Of a DNA stretch of 64,000 nt, positions 1 to 9,105 are shown piece after piece. The stretch is from Corallococcus silvisoli. Lineage in GTDB: Bacteria > Myxococcota > Myxococcia > Myxococcales > Myxococcaceae. A program made the position numbers and the translations under genes. Positions within the stretch are counted from its first letter, which is position 1; the number at the start of each line of letters is the position of its first letter. The stretch covers positions 464,470-528,469 of the forward strand of contig NZ_JAAAPJ010000005.1 in assembly GCF_009909145.1 (NCBI RefSeq), in the 5' to 3' direction. The notes beneath the pieces were generated by a model, which was not told where the DNA came from, made no database searches, and worked only from the letters and a program-made list of their open reading frames with translations.

Positions 1-1679
1 TCGCGGAGCTGCTGTCCGCGCTGAAGGCCCAGGGCAAGCGGCTCATCTTCGTGAGCGACATGTACCTGTCCGCGCCCCTGCTGCGGGAGCTGCTGAGGCA
101 CTGCGGGCTGGAGCAGTACTTCGACGCGGGGTACGTCTCCATCGACGAGGGCCTGCGCAAGGCGTCCGGCCGCCTGTTCCCGCGCGTGCTGGAGCGAGAG
201 GGACTGAAGCCCGAGCAGCTCTTCTTCGTCGGCGACGACGAGAACGCCGACAACGTGCAGCCCCGCCGGCTGGGCATCACCACGTTGCGCGTGGAGGATC
301 CCGACGAGAAGCAGCGCCGCCGCCGGCTGGAGGCCGCGCAGAAGGCCGTGGAGCGGAATCCCTACTGGGCCGCGCACTACGTGGACGTCGTGCTGAGCAA
401 CGAGGCCCACCATGTCCGCGGGCCGGAGGACGACCCCAACTACCAGCTGGGCCGCACGCTGGCGCCGGGCATCGTGGCCTTCGTGGTGGACGTCATCGAG
501 CGCGCGGAGAAGCTGGGCATCGACCATGTCTACTTCCTGGCGCGCGAGGGCCTGACGCTGCTCAAGGTGTTCGCCATCCTGAAGGACTCGGGGATCTTCC
601 GCCGGGTGCCCCAGGCGCACTACCTGTTCGTCAGCCGCGCCTCCACCATCCTCGCCTCCATGCGCGAGCTGAGCTGGGAGGAGGTCCACCGCTTCTGGCG
701 CCAGTACAGCCGCCAGTCGCTGCGCGGCCTGCTCAAGAACCTGTCGCTGCCCCAGGACGAGTTCATCCAGCTGGCCGCCGAGTGCGGCATCACCGACCCC
801 GACCAGCCCATCCTGGAGCCCACGAAGGACGCCGCCTTCATGCGCTTCCTCGCCTCGCGCCGCGTGCGCGTGGCCTTCCACCAGCGCCGCGACGAGGCGC
901 GGGCCGCGCTCGCGCGCTACCTGGAGTACCGCGGGATGATGGGCCTGGAGCGCACGGCGCTCGTGGACATCGGGTGGAAGGGCAGCATGCAGGACAACCT
1001 GATGCGCGCCTTCGAGCACGACGCGCGCTTCCCGGAGCTGCACGGCTTCTACCTGGCCTACGTGCCGGACGGTCAGCCCCAGGCGAAGAGGTCCTTCAAG
1101 TACGGCTACCTGTCGGACCTGCGGCGGCGCGACCTGGAGGAGGCGGACTTCCTGCGCAACACCGCCATCTTCGAGATGATCACCACCGCGAACCACGGCA
1201 GCACCATGCGCTATGGCGCGAACCCGTGGGCGCCGCACCTGCCGCTCCCGGAGCTGCTGCACCACGAGCAGGAGAAGGACAACAGCGCGCGCTTCTTCCG
1301 CCGCGTGCAGGAAGGCATGTACGACTACGCGCGGGACTACGCGCGCCTGTCACCGCTCCTGCGCTTCACCGCGGACGAGCTTCAGCCCGGCACGCTCCAG
1401 GAGCTGCTGCGCTACACCCGCTACCCCACGGACGAGGAGGCGCGCGAGTTCCTCAAGTACTCGCACGTGGAGAGCTTCGGCGTGCATGAGGTCACCACCT
1501 TCGGCCTCAAGCTGGACCTGCGGAAGCTCACGCAGCACGGCTCGGTGAAGGGAGCGCTCAAGGAGGCGTGGAAGGCCTTCGAGACGAACTCCTGGCGCGA
1601 CGGCGTGGTGAAGCGCAGCGGCCTGCCGCTGGCGAACCTGGCCTATGACGCCTGGTTCACCTGGCGGGCCATCCGCTAG
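1..1679 (+). CDS. HAD-like hydrolase domain protein (5' partial, continues upstream of window)
   Basis: The frame is open from base 3, reading AELLSALKAQGKRLIFVSDMYL....FFVGDDENADN, which is a HAD motif III (DD) signature. Long C-terminal region of unknown function. Likely part of the adjacent polysaccharide locus. Confidence 0.55.
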   Translation, partial: AELLSALKAQGKRLIFVSDMYLSAPLLRELLRHCGLEQYFDAGYVSIDEGLRKASGRLFPRVLEREGLKPEQLFFVGDDENADNVQPRRLGITTLRVEDPDEKQRRRRLEAAQKAVERNPYWAAHYVDVVLSNEAHHVRGPEDDPNYQLGRTLAPGIVAFVVDVIERAEKLGIDHVYFLAREGLTLLKVFAILKDSGIFRRVPQAHYLFVSRASTILASMRELSWEEVHRFWRQYSRQSLRGLLKNLSLPQDEFIQLAAECGITDPDQPILEPTKDAAFMRFLASRRVRVAFHQRRDEARAALARYLEYRGMMGLERTALVDIGWKGSMQDNLMRAFEHDARFPELHGFYLAYVPDGQPQAKRSFKYGYLSDLRRRDLEEADFLRNTAIFEMITTANHGSTMRYGANPWAPHLPLPELLHHEQEKDNSARFFRRVQEGMYDYARDYARLSPLLRFTADELQPGTLQELLRYTRYPTDEEAREFLKYSHVESFGVHEVTTFGLKLDLRKLTQHGSVKGALKEAWKAFETNSWRDGVVKRSGLPLANLAYDAWFTWRAIR

Positions 1680-1691
1680 CCGCCCAGGCCG

Positions 1692-4229
1692 TCACGCCGG
1701 CGGACGGCGCGCGCTGGGCACCTCGTGGGCCAGCGTGCGCACCGCCAGCGCCTCGCCGTCCTCGGGGTGCCGACGCAGGTCGCAGTCCCCCGACAGCAGC
1801 GTGAGGTTGGGGTTGTAGTAGGGGTCCCCTCTCAGCAGCCACGGCCGGTACGACGTGAAGGAGCGCCAGTAGTCCGGCTCCGGGATGGCGTCCGTGCGGC
1901 GGCTGGCGGACTCGTGGTGCACCACGCGCGCGAAGGGCGTGCACACCACGCGCAGGCCGCGAGCGTGCAGGCGCAGGCCCAGGTCCACGTCGCTGCCGCA
2001 CAGGAGGAAGCGCTCGTCGAAGCCGCCCAGCGCGTCGAAGAGCGGGCGGCGGATCATCACGCACGCGCTGGTGACGGACAGCCAGTTGCGCACCCACTCC
2101 GTGTGGCCGAAGGGCGTGGCGATGGGCCCATCCGGCAGGCGCCAGAAGGGGTGGCCCGCCATGCCCGTCATGCCCACCACGATGCCCGCGTGCTGCACGG
2201 TGCCTTCCGGAAAGAGGAGCTTGGCGCCTACCGCGCCCACCTCCGGGCGCTGCGCCTGGGCCACCAGCTCCGTGAGCCAGCCGGGGTCCACCACTTCCAT
2301 GTCGTTGTTGAGGAACAGCAGCAGCTCACCCGTGGCCTCCCGCGCGGCCCAGTTGTTGATGGCCGGGTAGTTGAAGGGGAAGTCCCAGGTGCGCTTCACC
2401 AGGCGCGGATCCTCCAGCCTGTCCAGCAGCGCGAAGGTCTCCGGGCGGACGCTGTTGTTGGACACCAGCAGCATCTCGAAGTGCGGGTACGTCGTGCGCT
2501 TCAGCAGCGTGTCCGTCAGGGTCTCCAGGAGGTCCGGCCGGTCCTTGAACGGAACGATGATGGACACCTTCGGCGTGCCCCGGACGGCGTAGCGCACGCG
2601 GTAGCGGCCCGGCCCCGGCACGGTCACCTCCGCGTCCTCACCCCGGCGCGTCAGGTGCTCGGCGAGCGCGCGACGGCCCTCCTGGGACACCTCGCCCACC
2701 TGTCCGGTGCGGCGGTGGTAGAGCAGGTGCGGCACGTGCCCGATGTGCTCGGAGGCTTCGCTCACGCGAAGGAAGAGGTCGTACTCCTCCGCGCCCGGAA
2801 AGCCCTCGCGAAAGCCGCCCACGGCCTCCACCAGCGCGCGGCGCACCATCACGCCCCGGCCCAGGTAGTCCACCGAGCGCAGCAGGTCCGGCGACCAGTC
2901 CGGCTTGAAGAACGGGGCCGTGCGCCGGCCGCGCGAATCCAGCCGGTCCTCATCGCCGTAGATCAGATCCAGGCCTGGGTCGGCGCCCAGGGCCAGGGCG
3001 ACCTCCGCCAGTGCGTTGGGCGCGAGCGTGTCCTCCGCGCCCAGCACGCCCACGAAGTCCCCGCTCGCGGCCTGAAGGCCCACGCGCAGCGCCCGGGCGA
3101 AGTCCGTGGGCCCGGAGAGCGTCACGCGGCGGATGCGCGTCTGGCGGTGCGCGGAGGCCCACGGCTCCGGCAGCGCGGGGCCGTCCTCCGGCCCCACCAG
3201 CACCAGCTCCCAGTCCGGGTACACCTGGGCCTCCACCGACGCCAGGCATTCGCGCAGGTGCGCGGGACAGGCCCCCGCGGTGGCCACCAGCAGGGACAGC
3301 CGGGGCCGGAGGGGCAGCCGCTCCAGGGCCTCGCGGGCGGCGTGGATGTCCGCCGGTTCGCGGAGCGTGCACCAGTGGTGGAAGTCCTCCAGCGCGGGCA
3401 GGGGCGGAGGCGGCGTGCGCACCCCGAGGATGGCGGCCAGCGCCACCACCGCCTCGCCGTTGAAGCGGGACTGCCGACGCAGCACCTCGCGCCACAGCGG
3501 CGCGGAGGCCCGGATGCCCCGGGGAAGGCCCGGACGCGCCAGCGGGGAGGCCAGCGCCACGAGCCGCGCCACCCGGTGCGTGGCATCCACGGTATCCGGC
3601 GTCCCCGCGCCCGGGACGGCGGCGACGGCCACCAGTGTTTCGCGCATGAGCGCGTTCCACTCCGCCTGTCGCGCGAGCAGGGGCTCCAGCACGGGCCCCA
3701 GCGCCCGGCGCCATGCGCGCCACGCCAGCTTCCACGCCACCGACGCGGGCGCGAAGCTTCGCGGCCCACGGTCAGGGGGCCTGCCGGTGCCCTGTGCGTC
3801 GAGCTGCTTGCGGGCCCACTCCGTCAAGTCGTCCCGGCCGCCCTGGTCTCGCCGGGCCTCCAACCGCTCCAACACCCGGAGCACGCGCTGGTTGAAGGCG
3901 GCCTGGGGCCGCAGCAGTTCGACGTGGAGCGGACGCAGGCCCAGGACGAAGGCGCGCTTGGCGGCCGTCACCCACTGCCCTCCCGAGGCCCGGTGCGACG
4001 GCGGAACGGAGAACTCGAACGGGACGGCGAGCCGGGCCGCGGCCAGCAAGGGCGACAGGGCCGTGTTGGCCGGAGGCGCCAGCCGGCGCAGCTGCTCCGT
4101 CAGGTCCGCGAGCGCCGCGGCGTTGGCCGCGTCGGGCTCGGCGCGCAACGCGGCGATCCGCTCCGCGATCTCTCCGGCGGACGCTGCCGCCTGCCCCCCC
4201 TCGGGCATGGTGTGGAACAAGGTGCTCAC
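1692..4229 (-). CDS. Large family-2 glycosyltransferase with two GT2 domains (WbgA-like O-antigen glycosyltransferase)
   Basis: Two GT2 signatures are present, LSLLVATAG....YPDWELVLVGPEDG and VSIIVPFKDRPDLLETLTDTLLKRTTYPHFEMLLVSNNS, each with a DxD region. The gene lies immediately downstream of wzm-wzt on the same strand, as in the M. xanthus wzm-wzt-wbgA locus. Confidence 0.75.
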   Translation of the reverse strand: MSTLFHTMPEGGQAAASAGEIAERIAALRAEPDAANAAALADLTEQLRRLAPPANTALSPLLAAARLAVPFEFSVPPSHRASGGQWVTAAKRAFVLGLRPLHVELLRPQAAFNQRVLRVLERLEARRDQGGRDDLTEWARKQLDAQGTGRPPDRGPRSFAPASVAWKLAWRAWRRALGPVLEPLLARQAEWNALMRETLVAVAAVPGAGTPDTVDATHRVARLVALASPLARPGLPRGIRASAPLWREVLRRQSRFNGEAVVALAAILGVRTPPPPLPALEDFHHWCTLREPADIHAAREALERLPLRPRLSLLVATAGACPAHLRECLASVEAQVYPDWELVLVGPEDGPALPEPWASAHRQTRIRRVTLSGPTDFARALRVGLQAASGDFVGVLGAEDTLAPNALAEVALALGADPGLDLIYGDEDRLDSRGRRTAPFFKPDWSPDLLRSVDYLGRGVMVRRALVEAVGGFREGFPGAEEYDLFLRVSEASEHIGHVPHLLYHRRTGQVGEVSQEGRRALAEHLTRRGEDAEVTVPGPGRYRVRYAVRGTPKVSIIVPFKDRPDLLETLTDTLLKRTTYPHFEMLLVSNNSVRPETFALLDRLEDPRLVKRTWDFPFNYPAINNWAAREATGELLLFLNNDMEVVDPGWLTELVAQAQRPEVGAVGAKLLFPEGTVQHAGIVVGMTGMAGHPFWRLPDGPIATPFGHTEWVRNWLSVTSACVMIRRPLFDALGGFDERFLLCGSDVDLGLRLHARGLRVVCTPFARVVHHESASRRTDAIPEPDYWRSFTSYRPWLLRGDPYYNPNLTLLSGDCDLRRHPEDGEALAVRTLAHEVPSARRPPA

Positions 4230-4290
4230 CTCCCAGGCGCCTCCCCTTTTTCAAGGCCCCGGGCCGCGGCGCGCGGGAGGCCTCCTCCCC

Positions 4291-5637
4291 TCAGGAGGCC
4301 GCGGCATGCGTGGGCACGGAGACCGCCTGGACCGGGGCGGCCGGAGCCTCCTCCACCACCCAGGCATGCTCCGGCCGGAAGACACCCCGGTCGTCATGCT
4401 CGGTCGACACGGAGAAGGTGCAGCGCGCCTCCCGTCCCGGCTCCGGGTTCGCCGTGTTGCCCGTCTTCAGCTCCACGCTCAGCACGTAGGAGCCACCCAA
4501 GAGCCCCAGCCGGGGCAACACGAAGCGCAGGCGCCCCTGCGGGGGCAGCGGCGCCGGCAGCGGCACCCGGTCCGTCCGGGTGCTCGTCACGTACAGCACC
4601 GCCCCGTCCGCGTGGGACAGCGTGAGGACGAACTCCACGTCCTCCACCGGCTCGCGCGCCACGTAGTCGATGCACGCCTCCACCCGCGTCTCCGCGGTGA
4701 CGGGCCCCAGCTCCTCCCCCCGAGGTCCGCACAGCGAGACCCGAGACACGGCGAGCGCGGGCGACACCGGCGGCTCGTCCCGCACCACCGGGCCCTCCGG
4801 AAGCGACGGCAGCGCCCCGCCCCCTTCCGTCAGGGCCGGCGGCGTGAAGATGGTGGAGCGCGCCTCCGCCAGCGACACCGCCTGCCGGTACTCCGCGGCG
4901 ATCTCCGCCGGGGTGCCCACGCGGCGGATCCTCCCGCCGTCCAGCCACGCCGCCTGGTCGCACCAGCGCTCCACGGTGGACATGTCGTGGGTGACCAGGA
5001 CGATGGTCTTCCCCAGCCGCTTGAACTCCGTCATCTTCGCGAGGCTCTTCTTGCTGAAGTGCTCGTCGCCGACGGCGAGGATCTCATCGATGATGAGGAT
5101 GTCCGGGTCCACGTGGGTGGCCACGGAGAACGCCAGGCGCATGTACATGCCGCTGGAGTACGTGCGCACCGGCTCGTCGATGAACTCCCCCAGCTCGCTG
5201 AACGCGATGATGGCGTCCATCTTCGCGCGCACCTCGGCGCGCGACATGCCGAGGATGATGCCGTTGATGAGGATGTTCTCCCGGCCGGAGAAGTCCGGGT
5301 GGAAGCCCGCGCCCAGGTCCAGCAGCGCGGAGATGCGCCCGTTCACCTGGATGCGCCCGGACGTGGGCGTGTAGATGCCGGTGATGAGCTTCAGCAGCGT
5401 GCTCTTGCCGGAGCCGTTGCGCCCCAGGATGGCCACCGTCTGGCCCTTGGGGATGCGCAGGTTGACGCCGCGCAGGGACTCGATGAAGCGGCCCTGCTGG
5501 GACGCGTTGCGATGCCCGCGCAGCCAGCGCACGAGCTCCGACTTGAACGTGGTGTATTCCCCCCGGATGGTCTTCTTCCGGAAGTTCTTCACCACGTCCT
5601 CGATGACGATGGCGTCCTCGGTCGTTGGATGGACCAT
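4291..5637 (-). CDS. wzt: O-antigen/polysaccharide ABC exporter ATP-binding protein Wzt with C-terminal carbohydrate-binding domain
   Basis: Walker A GRNGSGKSTLLKLITG, ABC signature YSSGMYMRLAFSV and Walker B ILIIDE are present. A roughly 180-aa C-terminal extension is typical of the Wzt_C O-antigen-recognition domain. The start abuts the wzm stop. Confidence 0.85.
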   Translation of the reverse strand: MVHPTTEDAIVIEDVVKNFRKKTIRGEYTTFKSELVRWLRGHRNASQQGRFIESLRGVNLRIPKGQTVAILGRNGSGKSTLLKLITGIYTPTSGRIQVNGRISALLDLGAGFHPDFSGRENILINGIILGMSRAEVRAKMDAIIAFSELGEFIDEPVRTYSSGMYMRLAFSVATHVDPDILIIDEILAVGDEHFSKKSLAKMTEFKRLGKTIVLVTHDMSTVERWCDQAAWLDGGRIRRVGTPAEIAAEYRQAVSLAEARSTIFTPPALTEGGGALPSLPEGPVVRDEPPVSPALAVSRVSLCGPRGEELGPVTAETRVEACIDYVAREPVEDVEFVLTLSHADGAVLYVTSTRTDRVPLPAPLPPQGRLRFVLPRLGLLGGSYVLSVELKTGNTANPEPGREARCTFSVSTEHDDRGVFRPEHAWVVEEAPAAPVQAVSVPTHAAAS

Positions 5638-6417
5638 CTAGATGGACTCCGCGAACTCCTCGCGGCGGCTCTCGAAGATCTGCGTGGCGCCCCACAGCAG
5701 CACGACGGAGACCCCCAGGAGCGACACGAGCGGCACCGCGTCCGGCAACCGGTGCTCGTAGAAGATGGCCTGGTACGAGGTGATGAGGATGGACATCGGA
5801 TTGAGCACCTGCAGCACCCGCCGGTACTCCTCCGGGATGGTGGACAGCTTGTAGAGCACCGGCGTCACGAAGAACCACAGCGTCATCAGGTTCATCACGA
5901 TGTGCTGCAGGTCCCGGAACGTCACGTTGAAGGCGCTGACCGCGTAGACCACCGCGAAGGTGAAGCACATCTGGACCAGCACCACCGCCGGGAAGAGCAC
6001 CACGTGCCAGGACGGCGCCACGCCGAACACCAGCCCCAGCGCCACCATCAAGGGCAGCGAGAAGATGAAGTTGCAGAAGTTGGTCGCCACCACCGTGGCC
6101 GGCAGCACCTGGGCCGGGAAGCGCACCTTGGTCATCAGGTCGCGCCGGTCGCTGATGGCGCTGGCCCCCGCGGACACCGACGTGGAGAACCAGATCCACG
6201 GCAGCAGCCCCACGAACATGAAGTAGGGGTAGTGCGGAATCTGGTTCTTCATGAACACGCCGAACAGCAGCGCGTAGACCAGCATGTGGAGGGTGGGGTT
6301 CAGGAACGTCCAGAAGAAGCCCAGCACCGAGCCGCGATAGCGCGCCTTCAGCTCGCGCTGCACCAGGCTGAGGAGGAGCCCCCGGTACGAGTAGAGTTCC
6401 CGGAAGTTGCGAATCAT
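5638..6417 (-). CDS. wzm: ABC-2 type polysaccharide exporter permease Wzm
   Basis: The protein carries the LVQRELKARYRGSVLGFFWTFLNPTLHMLVYALLFGVFM signature of the ABC-2/Wzm/KpsM family and has multiple TM segments. Start chosen at MIRNFRELYS (ATG at 6417), not at the upstream in-frame extension of ORF 5638..6522. Confidence 0.85.
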   Translation of the reverse strand: MIRNFRELYSYRGLLLSLVQRELKARYRGSVLGFFWTFLNPTLHMLVYALLFGVFMKNQIPHYPYFMFVGLLPWIWFSTSVSAGASAISDRRDLMTKVRFPAQVLPATVVATNFCNFIFSLPLMVALGLVFGVAPSWHVVLFPAVVLVQMCFTFAVVYAVSAFNVTFRDLQHIVMNLMTLWFFVTPVLYKLSTIPEEYRRVLQVLNPMSILITSYQAIFYEHRLPDAVPLVSLLGVSVVLLWGATQIFESRREEFAESI

Positions 6418-6535
6418 GCGCCGGTATCCATACCGCAAAGGGTTCGCTGGTGGCGAACTACCCGGAACAGCGGACCGCCGGCCCCTCGCGCGCCCGCCTG
6501 GTGTCGCGCCCCTTGGAAACAAACAGGGGAGAAAG

Positions 6536-6572
6536 AAAAAGGCCCCCTGGTTTCCCAGAGGGCCTTTATTTT
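6536..6572. terminator. GC-rich hairpin (GGCCCCCTGG-TTTC-CCAGAGGGCC) flanked by A-tract and T-tract; bidirectional intrinsic terminator downstream of tRNA-Gly
   Basis: The inverted repeat has one mismatch. On the plus strand it is followed by TTTATTTT, and on the minus strand reading by an A-run. Confidence 0.4.
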
Positions 6573-6581
6573 GGAGCGGGA

Positions 6582-6656
6582 AAAGGGATTTGAACCCTCG
6601 ACCCTCGCCTTGGCAAGGCGATGCTCTACCGCTGAGCTATTCCCGCATCAGGACTG
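6582..6656 (-). tRNA. tRNA-Gly (anticodon GCC)
   Basis: Reverse complement is GCGGGAATAGCTCAGCGGTAGAGCATCGCCTTGCCAAGGCGAGGGTCGAGGGTTCAAATCCCTTTTCCCGCTCCA. It folds as a canonical cloverleaf with a 7-bp acceptor stem, D arm GCTC/GAGC, anticodon loop TTGCCAA (GCC), T arm GAGGG/CCCTT and an encoded CCA. Confidence 0.9.
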
Positions 6657-6733
6657 CCGTACCGCTTGCTGCTTTCCGTCGGGCGGTGCCGCGCCGGAAG
6701 TGAGGTGGGGTATACAGAGGCCCTTCGGACACG

Positions 6734-7423
6734 TCAAACACTTTTCGCATCCGGATCCGCGCCCCCTCTGCGGGCGAGCATCCCGAGGAACGCGCGGAAG
6801 TACACGACGGCGCTCCACACCGAGAACGCACCCGACAGGTACACCAGCACCTTGCCGACCTGGTTGTAGTCGACGGTGACGGTGCGGAAGCCCAGGTCCA
6901 GCGGATGCACGTAGTGGACGCACAGGGAGATGATCCCCACCAGTTGGAGGGACGTCTTCCACTTCCCCTCCTGCCCCGCGGCGATGACCATGCCCTCGCT
7001 GGCGGCGATGGTGCGCAGGCCGCTGACGATGAACTCCCGCGCTAGCAGTACGATGACGACCCACGCGGCGATGCGCCCCAGGCGGACCATCATCACCAGG
7101 GCGGCCATGGCGATGAGCTTGTCCGCCAGCGGGTCCATGAACTTGCCCACCACGGTGATGAGGTTCCACTTCCGGGCGAGGTAGCCATCCACCACGTCGG
7201 TGATGGAGGCCACCGCGAACACCAGGCCCGCCAACAGGGAGTGCAGGGGGTCCGCGTCGTAGGTGAGCCAGACGAACAAGGGGATGATGAGGATCCGCCC
7301 CAGCGTGAGCATGTTGGGCAGGTTCCAGAACTCCTGCACCAGGATGCTGGGACGGCGGGAGGCGCGGCGGCGGGCCCGCTCCTCGCGCTTGCGCTGCTTC
7401 CTGAGGGCTCGCTCCGTGGCCAT
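6734..7423 (-). CDS. pgsA: CDP-diacylglycerol--glycerol-3-phosphate 3-phosphatidyltransferase
   Basis: WNLPNMLTLGRILIIPLFVWL...ASITDVVDGYLARKWNLITVVGKFMDPLADKL is the CDP-alcohol phosphatidyltransferase motif D-G-x2-AR-x8-G-x3-D-x3-D. Basic N-terminal extension of about 36 aa, so the true start may be internal (GTG near 7339). pgsA sits next to tRNA-Gly, as in E. coli pgsA-glyW. Confidence 0.85.
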   Translation of the reverse strand: MATERALRKQRKREERARRRASRRPSILVQEFWNLPNMLTLGRILIIPLFVWLTYDADPLHSLLAGLVFAVASITDVVDGYLARKWNLITVVGKFMDPLADKLIAMAALVMMVRLGRIAAWVVIVLLAREFIVSGLRTIAASEGMVIAAGQEGKWKTSLQLVGIISLCVHYVHPLDLGFRTVTVDYNQVGKVLVYLSGAFSVWSAVVYFRAFLGMLARRGGADPDAKSV

Positions 7424-7434
7424 GGGCGCGCGTT

Positions 7435-9105
7435 CTACCGGACCCCGAGTGTGATGAGGGCAAAACCTTCACCGCCCAGCTCCACCGCGCCCCTCACTGT
7501 CTCCCCGCCAGCGGAGGCCATGAGCGGCACCACGCGGGGCGTGAGGTTGCCCAGCCAGCCCACCAGGTGCGTGAGGGGCACCGTCACCGGCGCGTCCATG
7601 GCCACCGCCACCGAGCGCAGCGGCCCCGTCAGGCTCAAGAGCACCCTGCCCTGTCCCCGCAGGTGCACGAGGTCCAGGTCCGGCGCCAGGTCCGAAGGCA
7701 CGCGGCCGTTCTCGAACACCACCGGCTCCTCGAAGGCGAAGACGCACGCGTCCCGCAGGTAGACGGACTCCTCGTCCAGGACCACCGTGACGAACTGGCG
7801 GCCCTGGGCGGGCTCCAGGTGCAGCGTGCCCAGCCCCTGGGCGCGAACCATGGCCTGTTCGCCCTCCCCAAACGGCTTGTCCGTGGCCCGGCCCCGGAAG
7901 CGCTTCATCTCCGGCTGGAAGCGGACCTGGCCACGCACGGCGACCAGCCCCTCCAGCCGGGTGAGCAGCTCGCCATCCACCTCCAGCGCCACGCCCGACG
8001 CGCCCTGCGTGAAGGGCTGCCCCGACGCCACGCCCGGCAGCGCCACGGTGTGGACCCACTCGGTGAGCATCGGCGGATTCACGACTGGTGCGGGAGGAGT
8101 CGCGGCGGCGACCGTTCGCCGCGCCACCGGGGCGGGCTCGCTGGCGGCCAGCGCGGCGGAGGTCTCGGCGAAGGCGGCGCCGGGCTCGGCGTCCAGGTCG
8201 GACGCGAGCGCGGGCGGCTCCTCGGAGACTTCGATCTCCTCCGACACCGGCGTGGGGGGCAGCTCGTCCGCGACCTCGACGTCGGCCCCGGACGTGTCGG
8301 CGTCCTCGGCGAGGCTCGAACCGGCGGCGAGGCTCGGATCCTCGTCCTCCTCCTCATCCGCGCGGGCGCTGAAGGCGTGGTCGTCCGTCGGCGCGGGCGG
8401 GCCCTCGTCCTCGGCGAAGCGCAGGTCGTCATCCTGCGCCGCCGTGGACGGACGGGGCGGCGCGGCGCCCGGGGCCCTGGGGCCACGGGGCGCTTCATCC
8501 AGGCCGAACTGGGCGCCCCAGTCGTTCTCCCCGCTGGAGGCGGGAGCCGAGGCGGGGCCCGCGCTCTCCTCCTCTTCCTCGCGCGGGCGGGACGGCGCGG
8601 CGGGAGGACGGCTGTAGCCCTCGCCCGCGATGGCGCGAGACATCTTCTCCGCCATGGCGTCGCTGCCGGACAGGAGGAAGTGCTCGCGCGCGCGGCCGTA
8701 CTCGCCCATCTGGGCGAAGGTCAGGCCCAGGTAGTTGTGGGCCTTCTTGTGGTCCGGGGCCAGGTCGGTGGCGGTCTCGAACTCGCGCGCCGCGCGCTGG
8801 AGCGCGTTCGTCTTCAGGTACACGAGCCCCAGGTTGACGCGCAGCGTGGGGTCCACCGGGTTGTCCCGCACGAGCATCTCGTACAGGTCCGCGGCGCGGT
8901 CGAAGAGGCCCAGCTTGAAATACGTCAGGCCCAGGAGGTTCTGGGCCTTCTCGTGGCGCGGCTGCAGCTGGTGCGCCCGCTCCAGGAACTCCTTCGCTTC
9001 GGTGACCTTGCCGGCACCGAGCAGCTCTCCGCCTCGGTAGAGCTGCTGCAGGAACTCGTCGTCAGCGGGGCCCGGCTCCTTCGTCCCCTTCGTGCGCGTC
9101 GTCAT
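7435..9105 (-). CDS. TPR-repeat protein with acidic low-complexity linker and C-terminal AIM24-like (DUF124) domain
   Basis: N-terminal TPR repeats (YRGGELLGAGKVTEAKEFLERAHQLQPRHEKAQNLLGLTYFKLG...). The middle region is E/D/P/A-rich. The C-terminal roughly 200 aa are beta-rich and resemble the AIM24/TIGR00266 family. The start is uncertain (9123 or 9105). Confidence 0.55.
   Translation of the reverse strand: MTTRTKGTKEPGPADDEFLQQLYRGGELLGAGKVTEAKEFLERAHQLQPRHEKAQNLLGLTYFKLGLFDRAADLYEMLVRDNPVDPTLRVNLGLVYLKTNALQRAAREFETATDLAPDHKKAHNYLGLTFAQMGEYGRAREHFLLSGSDAMAEKMSRAIAGEGYSRPPAAPSRPREEEEESAGPASAPASSGENDWGAQFGLDEAPRGPRAPGAAPPRPSTAAQDDDLRFAEDEGPPAPTDDHAFSARADEEEDEDPSLAAGSSLAEDADTSGADVEVADELPPTPVSEEIEVSEEPPALASDLDAEPGAAFAETSAALAASEPAPVARRTVAAATPPAPVVNPPMLTEWVHTVALPGVASGQPFTQGASGVALEVDGELLTRLEGLVAVRGQVRFQPEMKRFRGRATDKPFGEGEQAMVRAQGLGTLHLEPAQGRQFVTVVLDEESVYLRDACVFAFEEPVVFENGRVPSDLAPDLDLVHLRGQGRVLLSLTGPLRSVAVAMDAPVTVPLTHLVGWLGNLTPRVVPLMASAGGETVRGAVELGGEGFALITLGVR

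Noticed and set aside
1725-4625. 966-aa plus-strand ORF spanning the glycosyltransferase and wzt regions
   Set aside because: Antisense to two genes with clear GT2 and ABC motifs. Extreme Arg/Ala/Gly/Pro composition typical of wrong-frame translation of high-GC DNA. No domain signature.
3106-6879. 1257-aa plus-strand ORF
   Set aside because: It runs antisense through wzt and wzm and even across the tRNA-Gly gene. Composition is R/G/A/P/H-dominated. It cannot be a real gene.
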